Origin: Corallococcus sp. Z5C101001
Lineage (GTDB): Bacteria; Myxococcota; Myxococcia; Myxococcales; Myxococcaceae
Length of the DNA: 64,000 nt
NCBI RefSeq assembly: GCF_007352635.1
Contig: NZ_VKLU01000005.1
Coordinates: 699,940-763,939, forward strand
Direction of reading: 5' to 3'
Part shown: piece after piece, positions 8,865-17,600 of the stretch
Numbering within the stretch: the stretch's first letter is position 1
Layout of the letters: each line of letters opens with the position of its first letter
Translations under genes and position numbers: made by a program
The notes under the pieces: generated by a model
Seen by the model: the letters and a program-made list of their open reading frames with translations, nothing else
Told to the model about the DNA's origin: nothing
The model's database searches: none

Positions 8865-9878
8865 GGGCTGGCGCTTCCAGCTCCTTGCGACTCTCGACCC
8901 TGGGTCCGCTTGCGACTGCCGCGGGCCTGCTTCAACAGCTGCTCGTACACCGCTCCTTCATTGGCGAACTGTTGCAGCTCCCGCTCCACCAGCGCGTTGC
9001 CTTCCGGCGGAGACCAGCCGTCGTTCAGCGCGCGGCGCAGCGCTTCGTTCGCCATCCGCGGATCCTTCGTCGCCCGCATCACGCACGCCGTCCAGAAGAA
9101 CGCCTCCGCCCGCGCCTGCGGACTGCCCGCGGCGCGCGCCCGGTCCAGGTACGTGAGCGCGTCCGAGTGCTGGCGCCGCAGGAAGTAGGACACCCCCATG
9201 CCCATCAGCGCCCAGGCGTTGTTCTTCTCCTTCTCCTGCGCCAGCACGAGCTGGAACTGCTGCGACGCGCCAATCGGGTTCTGCGCCAGCTGGGACAGCC
9301 CCTGCTTCAGGGTGGCCGCCACGTCCACCGGCTCCAGCCGGCGCTGCGCCGCAATCTGCGCGGCACCTCCGGACGGAGGGGACACCGCAGCGACCGGGGA
9401 TGGGGCGGGGGCGGGGGCCTGAGCTTGACGCTCCGACGCCTGGACCGTCACGGGCGTCAGCGCCGCGCCCTGGTCCGGGGCCCGCAGCAGCAGCAGTCCA
9501 TTCTTGAGCAGGGCCGGTGACTCACAGCCTCCCTCCAGCTTCACCATGCCTCCCAGGGCCCGCTCCTCGACGTTGTAGACGAGCATGACCACGTAGGACT
9601 GGGACGGACTGCACGTGTCCCCCGTCTGGCAGAGCGTCACCTCGCCCAGGAAGACGTTGCCCTGGAAGTCCCCGGTCAGGGCCTGCTGGGCAGCCGGGCG
9701 CTGGCAGGGCCCACCGGCCGGAGCCATGCCCACCAGGTGGTCCCCATCCGAGCGCAACTCGATGGGGCCGAAGGCCTCTCCCTGGAAGGTGCCGTTGAAG
9801 GTAGGGCCCGCCCAGGCGAGTCCGGAAACGAGGCAGACTCCCGCCGCGAGAGCCAATGTTGAGGTCGGGGGCGACATG
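8861..9878 (-). CDS. Secreted Cys-containing protein with C-terminal TPR-like region, co-operonic with Ser/Thr kinase
   Basis: Signal peptide MSPPTSTLALAAGVCLVSGLAWAG; Ala/Pro-rich linker; TPR-like helices (AWALMGMGVSYFLRRQHSDALTYLDRA...); start chosen at ATG 9876-9878. Confidence 0.65.
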
Positions 9879-9989
9879 TCGGGGACCCGGGCATCATAGA
9901 AGTCCACGGGGCGGCTTGTAAACGCGCGAGGACGGCTTGACCGCACGCTGCTCCGTCCTTATCATTTTCCCAGAACGCCTTGGGATTTT

Positions 9990-10235
9990 CCCAGTGATTC
10001 TAAGGGCTTGTAGCGAGATTTGAGCGGTAAAAGGTCTGTTCCCTGCGGGGTGCGTGATGCCCAGCAGAAATTCGAACCGATACGTCCATTCCGGGGTCCG
10101 TTTCGGTCGCCATGTGCAAGCCCTCCCCCTTCCGGGGATGAGGGAAGCCTGCGGTGACATGATTTCGGTCCCCACCTGGCTTTCAAGGGTTCAATGGATG
10201 CTGGACACACGGCTCGGCGGGGGACTCTTTCTTTG
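9990..10235 (+). ncRNA. ssrS: Candidate 6S RNA (ssrS) in oversized, GC-poorer intergenic region immediately upstream of 5-formyl-THF cyclo-ligase gene
   Basis: Conserved ssrS-ygfA synteny in proteobacteria; 370-bp non-coding gap unusual here; segments resembling E. coli 6S (TTCAAGGGTT..GGCTCGGCGGG, GGTCCGT); structure not verified by hand. Confidence 0.3.
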
Positions 10236-10246
10236 GAGCGGCGGCG

Positions 10247-10876
10247 GTGAGCGAGACGGCGGTGGATACGGCGGCGGCGGCGGAGAAGAAGGTAACGCTT
10301 CGTGAGGAGCTGACGGCGCGCCGCAAGGCGATGACCAACGACCTCATCGACGAGCGGGGCCTGAAGGTCCAGTCTCGATTCCTGGCATCGCCCTACTATC
10401 AGAAGGCACGGACGGTGGCCCTCTACGCCCCCATCCGGGGCGAGGTCCCCACCCGGGACATCCTCATCGCGGCCCTGCAGGACGAGAAGATCGTCTGCTA
10501 TCCGCTGTCCCATGTGCATGGGCGCATCCTGGCGTTCCGGGCCATCAAGTCGGAGAGCGAGCTGGAGCCGGGGCGCCTCGGCGTCCGGGAGCCCAGCAAC
10601 TCCTCGGACTTGATTGGCGTGGACCAGATCGACCTGTTCGTGGTGCCCGGTCTGGGCTTCAGCCGGGACGGCAAGCGGCTGGGGCGCGGAGGGGGCTACT
10701 ACGACGCCACCCTCAAGGCGGCCAGCCCGCGCAGCCGGCGGGTCGGTCTGGCGTTCAGCGACCAGATCGTCCGGGACCTGCCCACGACGAGCGACGACGT
10801 GGACATGGACCAGATCGTCACGGAGATGGAGGCGCTGCGCGGGCTGTGGCGCAGCTTCGACTTCCTGGACACCTGA
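10247..10876 (+). CDS. ygfA: 5-formyltetrahydrofolate cyclo-ligase (MTHFS)
   Basis: GTG start; GRGGGYYD motif and overall MTHFS architecture; 209 aa. Confidence 0.85.
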   Translation: MSETAVDTAAAAEKKVTLREELTARRKAMTNDLIDERGLKVQSRFLASPYYQKARTVALYAPIRGEVPTRDILIAALQDEKIVCYPLSHVHGRILAFRAIKSESELEPGRLGVREPSNSSDLIGVDQIDLFVVPGLGFSRDGKRLGRGGGYYDATLKAASPRSRRVGLAFSDQIVRDLPTTSDDVDMDQIVTEMEALRGLWRSFDFLDT

Positions 10877-10970
10877 GCCTCAGGCGACCAGAGGGACCTT
10901 CCACGGGCGGAGCGCGGACCCCAAGTCCGGCCCTGCCCGTCGTCGTTTCTGGGCTAGTGTCCGCGGCGCC

Positions 10971-12233
10971 ATGAACCCGGACGCACTGCGCAAGGCGACC
11001 CCCGAAGAGCAGTATGAAGAAGTCACTCGCGGCACCGTGGACCTCCAGGTGCCGGAGGACCTCAAGAAGAAGCTCCAGCGCTCGTATGACAAGGGCAAGC
11101 CGCTCGTCATCAAGGCGGGCTTCGACCCCAGCCGTCCCGACCTGCACCTGGGCCACTCGCTGCTGCTCACGCGCATGCGGCGCTTCCAGGAGTTCGGGCA
11201 CACGGTGGTGTTCCTCATCGGTGACTTCACCGCCCTCATCGGCGACCCCACCGGAAAGAACGCGACCCGGCCCGCCCTCACCCGCGACGAGGTGAAGGTC
11301 AACTCGGAGACGTACAAGCAGCAGGTCTTCAAGGTCCTGGACCCGGACAAGACGGTGGTGAAGTTCAACTCGGAGTGGCTCGACGCGCTGGGCACCGAGG
11401 GGATGATCCGCCTGGCGGCGCGCTACTCCGTGCAGCGCATGCTGGAGCGCGACGACTTCAAGAAGCGCTACCGGGAGAACCGCTCCATCTCGCTGCATGA
11501 GTTCCTCTACCCCCTGCTCCAGGGCTGGGACTCCGTGGCGCTGAAGGCGGACGTGGAGCTGGGCGCGACGGATCAGCTCTTCAACCTGCTGGTGGGCCGG
11601 CAGCTGATGAAGGACGAGGGCCTGGAGCCACAGGTCATCATGACGGGCCCCATCCTGGAGGGCCTGGACGCGAAGCTGGTGGACGGCGTCATCACCGGCG
11701 ACAAGATGTCCAAGAGCCTGGACAACTACGTGGGCATCGACGAGCCGGCGGACAGCATCTTCGGCAAGCTGATGAGCATCACCGACGACCTGATGTGGCG
11801 GTACTACAAGCTCCTGTCGTCGATGCCGCTCAAGCAGGTGCTGGAGCTGGAGGAGCGCACGCGCTCCGGCGCGGCCCACCCCAAGGCCGCCAAGGTCGCC
11901 TTCGCGCAGGAGATGGCCTCGCGCTTCCAGGGCGAGGAGGCCGGGCGCAAGGCCGCGGAGGACTTCGAGAAGCGCTTCGCCAAGAAGGAGCTGTCGGCGG
12001 AGGAGCTGCCCCTGGTGGAGGTCTCGCTCGCGGGCGCGGAGAAGCTGCCGGTGACGAAGCTGCTGCCGGAGACGAAGCTCGTGGCCTCCGCCACCGAGGC
12101 GCGCAAGCTGATGGCCCAGGGCGGCGTCCGGGTGAACGGCGAGAAGGTCACCGACCCCAAGGCGGAGCTGGGGGCCGGCGAGTACACCGTGCAGGTGGGC
12201 AAGCTGAAGGCGGCGCGGGTGAAGCTGGCCTGA
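10971..12233 (+). CDS. tyrS: Tyrosyl-tRNA synthetase
   Basis: HIGH-type motif (PDLHLGH), KMSKS, C-terminal S4-like domain (GGVRVNGEKV); ATG at 10971; the ORF-track start at 10614 is an artefactual extension. Confidence 0.9.
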   Translation: MNPDALRKATPEEQYEEVTRGTVDLQVPEDLKKKLQRSYDKGKPLVIKAGFDPSRPDLHLGHSLLLTRMRRFQEFGHTVVFLIGDFTALIGDPTGKNATRPALTRDEVKVNSETYKQQVFKVLDPDKTVVKFNSEWLDALGTEGMIRLAARYSVQRMLERDDFKKRYRENRSISLHEFLYPLLQGWDSVALKADVELGATDQLFNLLVGRQLMKDEGLEPQVIMTGPILEGLDAKLVDGVITGDKMSKSLDNYVGIDEPADSIFGKLMSITDDLMWRYYKLLSSMPLKQVLELEERTRSGAAHPKAAKVAFAQEMASRFQGEEAGRKAAEDFEKRFAKKELSAEELPLVEVSLAGAEKLPVTKLLPETKLVASATEARKLMAQGGVRVNGEKVTDPKAELGAGEYTVQVGKLKAARVKLA

Positions 12234-12248
12234 GTCGCGACGACGGAC

Positions 12249-12276
12249 CGCCCGCGCCCTGAATCAGGGCGCGGGG
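12249..12276. terminator. Bidirectional hairpin CCCGCGCCCTGA-A-TCAGGGCGCGGG between convergent tyrS and SDR genes (overlaps SDR stop codon)
   Basis: 12-bp perfect inverted repeat read directly. Confidence 0.4.
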
Positions 12277-13088
12277 GGGCCCTTCGGGAGTCCGCCTTCG
12301 TACAGCGCGGCGGAGCGCCCGACGATGAGGGCATGGGGGAGCAGCTTCATCATCAGGGCGAGGAAGCGGTTGAGGACGCCGGGCACGGCGAGCTCGCGGC
12401 GCCGCACGAAGGCCTCCACGGCGATGCGCGCGCAGGCCTCCGCGGACATGATGCCCAGGTCGCCGGCCTTGAACTTCCGGTCCAGCCCCGACAGCGACAG
12501 CATCTCCGTGGCGATGCCCCCGGGCGCGAAGACGGTGACGGAGACGCCGGCCTTGCGCAGCTCATGGGCCAGCCCGCGCCCAAAGCTGATGATGAACGAC
12601 TTCGTCGCCGCGTAGGCCGTCTGGTACGGCAACGGCGAGAAGCCCGCCATGCTGCCGACCAGCATCAGTGCACCGCCATTGCCCCGCCGCACGAAGTCCG
12701 CGGCGAAGAGCTGCGACAGGCGCACCACGCTGGTGATGTTGGTGGCGAGCATCGCGTCGAAGGACTCGGGCTGCTGCTCCAGCGCCATGCCGTAGAAGGT
12801 GACGCCCGCGTTGAGGATGACCCCGTCCACGGTGCGCCCGGCCATGGCGGCCTCGAACACGCGCGCGGGCTCACCGGGCCGGGAGAGGTCCGCGGCCAGG
12901 GGCAGCACCTGCACGCCATGCGCGGCCTCCAGCTCCGCCTTGAGCGCGGTGAGCCGGTCCTCGCGACGGGCGACGGCGATGATGTGGGCGCCGTGCTCCT
13001 TCGCGAGCAGGCGGGCCATCTCCAGCCCCAGGCCGGACGATGCACCGGTGATGAGCACCCAGCGGCCTCGGAAATTCATCGGTTTCAT
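12264..13088 (-). CDS. Short-chain dehydrogenase/reductase (SDR) family oxidoreductase
   Basis: TGASSGLG cofactor motif, YxxxK (YAATK), NAG motif (ILNAGV); start at MKPMNFRG. Confidence 0.85.
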   Translation of the reverse strand: MKPMNFRGRWVLITGASSGLGLEMARLLAKEHGAHIIAVARREDRLTALKAELEAAHGVQVLPLAADLSRPGEPARVFEAAMAGRTVDGVILNAGVTFYGMALEQQPESFDAMLATNITSVVRLSQLFAADFVRRGNGGALMLVGSMAGFSPLPYQTAYAATKSFIISFGRGLAHELRKAGVSVTVFAPGGIATEMLSLSGLDRKFKAGDLGIMSAEACARIAVEAFVRRRELAVPGVLNRFLALMMKLLPHALIVGRSAALYEGGLPKGPPAP

Positions 13089-13174
13089 ATCGGGCGCTCT
13101 TATTCTCCGGCGCGACGTCGGACGCAACCGGGGAACAGCGGGCTTCAAGCCCCCCTGTTAGAGTCCGGCGCACC

Positions 13175-14365
13175 ATGCGCCTCTCCGGGTCGCTCGCCTG
13201 CTTCTTCCTGGCCCTCTCGATGCCGCCCACCGTGCTCGCGGGCAGCGGCGTCTTCGTCTCCGACGAGCCCGTGGACGCGGTGGAGCAGCCCGAGTCCTCC
13301 AAGGTCGTCTTCGCCGTGGAGCCCGGCGTCTCCTATCCGCTCGTGAAGAAGGGAGGGCCCGCCCGGGCGTGGTGCAAGCTCCAGGGACCCAAGGCCGAAG
13401 GATGGGTGCTCTGCGATGGCACGCCCACGGAGGCGGTCCAGAAGGCCCCCGGCACGGACGCCCTCGTCAGCGCCGACCACGCGAACACGCGCCAGCAGCA
13501 GGCGGCCCGAGGCGGCGGCGTGGCCTTGTCCGCCGTGGTGAAGCAGCTGGGGAGCGGGGCCGGCGCGGGCATCGCCGGGACCGAGCAGGAGGCAGGCTCC
13601 CCGTCGAGCGAGAGCAGCGTCGAGGTTCGCGCCCCCGCGGGCCGTGTCGCGGCCGCTGCCCCAGGTGATGCGGAGGCCTGCGCGAGCACCTGCGACAACG
13701 CCCCCTTGTTCGCCAAGGCCCCAGCGCTGTCCGCGCTGGACCGCGAGGTGCTGGACCTGTGCCCCGCGCGCCCCGACGCCAGCGTGAGCGCCGGGGACGT
13801 GCAGCGCTTCTTCGCCAGGCACTATGACGATGCGCGCGTGCAGCGGGCGCTGTCCGCCGCGGGACGGCCGGGGACGGGCTCGCGGCAGGCGAACCTGGAA
13901 TGGCTCACCAGCCTCTGGGTGAGCACGGGTCCGCGCAACGCCTTCACCCACGTCTTCTGCGGCGATGACTGGCAGCGCGGCCCGATTGGCGGACTCCACT
14001 TCCTCCCGCGCTACGCCCAGCTCGAGGCGGAGGGCAAGGTCTGCTACCAGGGCCCCGGCAAGGGCGAGCAGGCCATTCAAGGGGCGCAGTACGCCATCCG
14101 CTTCAAGGGACTGTCCCCCTGGTCCTGTGGAGTGAAGCGGCTGGGCGGCTTCTCCACGTCGCAGGACGCCATCTCCATCGCCGCCATCGGGACCCGCGCG
14201 TTCGCGCGCTGCTGCGCTCGCGGCGGGGCGAAGAAAGAGGGCGGCGTCTACTCCGCACCGGACATCGGCGGCGGCAACTGGCGCATCTGGTGCGGCACGC
14301 GCAACGGCACCTACGGCATCGCCACGCTGCATCCAACCGACGAAGCAGCCACCTGCGCCGAGTAG
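13175..14365 (+). CDS. Secreted protein with C-terminal EndoU-like (XendoU-type) endoribonuclease domain
   Basis: Signal peptide MRLSGSLACFFLALSMPPTVLAGS; C-terminal FTHVFCGD...GGLHFLPRY...YAIRFKG...GGFSTSQ resembles the EndoU His-His-Lys catalytic arrangement (FEHVFVGE / GFHNW). Confidence 0.55.
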   Translation: MRLSGSLACFFLALSMPPTVLAGSGVFVSDEPVDAVEQPESSKVVFAVEPGVSYPLVKKGGPARAWCKLQGPKAEGWVLCDGTPTEAVQKAPGTDALVSADHANTRQQQAARGGGVALSAVVKQLGSGAGAGIAGTEQEAGSPSSESSVEVRAPAGRVAAAAPGDAEACASTCDNAPLFAKAPALSALDREVLDLCPARPDASVSAGDVQRFFARHYDDARVQRALSAAGRPGTGSRQANLEWLTSLWVSTGPRNAFTHVFCGDDWQRGPIGGLHFLPRYAQLEAEGKVCYQGPGKGEQAIQGAQYAIRFKGLSPWSCGVKRLGGFSTSQDAISIAAIGTRAFARCCARGGAKKEGGVYSAPDIGGGNWRIWCGTRNGTYGIATLHPTDEAATCAE

Positions 14366-14489
14366 GCCAGAGCGGGGCGCCTGCCCCGCGACGGCCCTCA
14401 CGCGCCAGCCACCGACACGACGTTCCGCGCGGCGGCAATCCCCCCAGCACCGCAAATACCTCACACCCCTGGCGACCCGGTTGAAGCAC

Positions 14490-14600
14490 CGGAGCCAGGG
14501 GACCCGCATCCCGAAGGGATGCCAGCCCAGCCCGCCCCGGGCACGTCCTTCGCCACGGAGGCGGGAGCCGGGGGACCCGCATCCCGAAGGGACGCCGGCC
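14490..14600. repeat. Two direct copies (about 78 bp apart) of a 27-bp element GGGGACCCGCATCCCGAAGGGA(T/C)GCC, each containing a CATCCC-GAA-GGGATG hairpin (C(UUCG)G tetraloop on minus-strand RNA)
   Basis: Read directly in the gap between the convergent EndoU-like gene (+) and alpha-2-macroglobulin gene (-); lies 3' of the A2M gene. Confidence 0.5.
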
Positions 14601-14617
14601 CCCTGCCCCGCTGGGTC

Positions 14618-17600
14618 CTACGGCGCCTTGTCCACCGTGAGCACCGCACCCGTGGAGTACGCGGTGAACTCCGGCGCGTACATGGACTGAACCGTCGCGG
14701 GCCCCACACGGAAGGTGCCCGCGAGGTTGGCGCGCAGCCGGTACTTGAAGGTGTACTCACCGGCCGGGAGCGCTTCGAAGAAGAAGTTCGTCCCCGAGTC
14801 GCGCGTCTCCTCGTACCAGACGATGCCCAGGTCCCACTTGTGGCGGGACTGGGCGCTCTCCGGCTCCAGGCCCGCGGCGCGCGGGTCGCGCAGGTGCACG
14901 TACTCCGCGGCGTGCTTCGTGCGCAGCGACAGCTGCACCTCCACCTCGTCACCGGGCTGGAGCTTCGCGCCCTCCGCCAGCGGGCGCAGCAGCGTCTGAC
15001 TGCCTTCGCGGATGCGCACGAAGTAGCGGCGTGACACCTGGAAGAAGTCGCCGCGCTCCTCCTTCGGCAGCTCCTCCGTGGAGAAGTGCCATGTCGCGGA
15101 CGCGAACGCGAAGCCCGGCGTCGTCTTCTCCACCACCGTGGTCGCCGTGTCCGGCTTCACCTCCGGACCGGTGAGCACCACCTGGTTCTTCTTGCCCGTG
15201 TAGATCTCCGGCGGGAAGCGCATGGGCACGACCTTCGAGCCCACCGTCACCTTCAGCTCCTCGGTCACGCCCAGCGAGCCCTCCGCCTGCAGGTAGTTCA
15301 CCAGCGCGTAGAGCGCCTCCGCCGTGGCGCGCGTGGACTTCCAGTGCCCCAGCTTCTTGTCCAGGAACAGCCACTGCGCCAGCCCCGCTCGGCGCGGATC
15401 CTTCGGACGAAGCTCCGACAGCGTGCGCAGCGCGAAGGCCTGCGTCTCCGTGGTGTCGTTGTACCAGAGCCAGCCGCGGTCCTCCGGCGCCCAGAACGTG
15501 CCCTGGTCCGCCGTCGTCTTCGCGGAGTCCATCACGCTGTCCCAGACCTTCAGCGCGTCCTTCGTGCGCTTCGCCCGGTGCAGCGTGAGCGCCAGGTAGC
15601 CCTTGAGGAACGGCGAGTGCTCCTTCCAGTGCTTGAAGGAGAAGTCGAGCACGCGCTGGCGCTCGGCGGCGGTGAGCGCCTCGCCCGTGTAGCGCGCATC
15701 AGGGTACGACGACGCCACGAAGTTGAGGAACGTCAGGAACTCCCAGCCCAGGTTCTTCTTCATCAGCCGGCTCGCGTACTCCTCGCGGAAGTGCGTCGAC
15801 AGGTAGCCCCAGGCCTGCTTCGTCAGCTCGGGTGACACGTCCACGCCGTGCTCCATCGCGCGCGACAGGCCGTGGAGGATGTAGAGCGTCATGTACGGCG
15901 AGGACGGGCCGCCCGGCCACCAGGGGAAGCCGCCATCCGCGTTCTGGGCCTTGGCCAGCTTCTGCTGCGACGACAGCCGGTTCGCCTCGGCCACCCGTGG
16001 GTCCAACACGCGGACCAGGTCGTCCGGGGCCTCGGCGCCTCCCTTGGCCATGTTGAGCCAGGGCGTCTCCTCCAGCGACATCTTCCGGTTCGGATCCACG
16101 CTGTCCCAGGTCTCGTAGCGCGTGGACCGCTGGCTCAGGTCCTGGGCCACCTTCGCCACCGACGGGTACTTGAGGAAGAGACTGGAGACGATGCCGGTGG
16201 ACACGAAGCGGTTGAGCGTCTGCTCCGTGCACTCGTAGGGGTAGTTCACCAGGTACGGCAGCGACTGGAGCACCGAGTAGAAGAGCTGCGCGTCCACCGT
16301 CACGACCAGCTGCTCGTTCACCCGCGTGGGGTCATCCGCGCGCTTCAGGTCGTCGAACGTCAGCGTCTTGCGGTCCTGGTCGCGCAGCGTCACGAAGCGC
16401 GACTGGGACAGATGCATCCGGCCGGGAAGCACCGGCAACGGCCGCAGCTCTCCGTCACTGAAGTTGCCCGTCTTCGCGACGACACGGAAGGCCACCGGGC
16501 CCACGCGCGCGGGCGTGGTGATGGGGAAGCGCAGAGGCGTGCCCTTCCCCGCCGCCACCGTGAAGGCCTGCGCGGCCGTCTTCACGCCGAAGTCCGCGAG
16601 CAGGCTCTTCTGCGTGTCCGGGTCCACGATGTCGAGCGTGAGCTGCCCCTGCTGCGGCTGCGTCCCCGCGTTGTTCACCACGACCTCCAGCTCCGCCCGG
16701 TCGCCTTCGCGCAGGAAGCGCGGCAGGTAGGGACGCACCATCAGCTCCTTCACGCTGCGGGTGGAGCGCTGGGTGGAGCCCCCGCGCAGGTCGCGCGTGA
16801 ACGCATGCACCCAGACGTCCCACGCCGTCACGGAGTCCGGCACCGTGAACTCCAACACCGCCGTTCCCTCCGGCCCGGTGAGCAGCTGCGGAATCCAGAA
16901 CGCCGTCTCCGCGAAGTTCGTGCGCAGCGGCCCCGCCGGAACGGACGGCTCGCTCTCCGCGACGACACCATTGCCACTCTTGATGATCTGGATGATCTCG
17001 CGCCGCTTCTGTTCGGCCACCGGAATCGCCGAGGGCTTCGGGGCCGCGGGCGGAGGCGGAGGCGGCACCGCCCCCTTTCCCGGAGCTCGCGCACCGGAGC
17101 TCGCCACCGCCCCGTACCGTTCGCGCCGGTAGGAGTTCCGGTAGCCCGGCCCTCCCAGCCCATACCCCTCCTCGAACCTCAGCTGGTCCCCCTGGAGCTC
17201 CTGCCCGGACCAGGGCGGGTTGTTGTCACTGACGAACCAATCCCCATGGGAGCTCACCGCCGACGACGTGGCCTCCAGGTACAGCGTCTGCTGCGGGTAC
17301 AGCTGCGCCACCTGCGGAGGCGAGTGGGGCCCGAAGATGTTCAGCGACTGGTCGTACATGTACGCGAGCACCTCCGCGGCCCCCGCCTCCAGCTTCGCGC
17401 CATTGGGCCCCTTCACCGTCACGCGGAAGGTCTCCTTCGCTCCGGGCCGCAGCGTGTCGCGGAACGTGGCGAACTCCAGGCTCAGCTCCTTGTCGTCGAA
17501 GGGCACCGCCACCGTGCGCGTGAAGTCCACGACCTGCCAGTCGCGCACCATGGAGAGCGCCACCGTGAAGCCGCCGCGCAGCACTTCGGTGACGGGAATC

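Noticed and set aside
6080-9188. Long overlapping ORFs 6080-7597 (-), 6841-7917 (+), 7776-9188 (+)
   Set aside because: They are antisense or out-of-frame relative to the cysteine desulfurase and Ser/Thr kinase genes. Their Arg/Gly/Pro-rich low-complexity translations are typical of non-coding frames in 70% GC DNA.
13145-14509. 454-aa minus ORF and 159-aa minus ORF (14103-14582) overlapping the EndoU-like gene and intergenic hairpins
   Set aside because: They are antisense to a signal-peptide-bearing CDS with a recognisable domain, and they run through the hairpin-repeat region.
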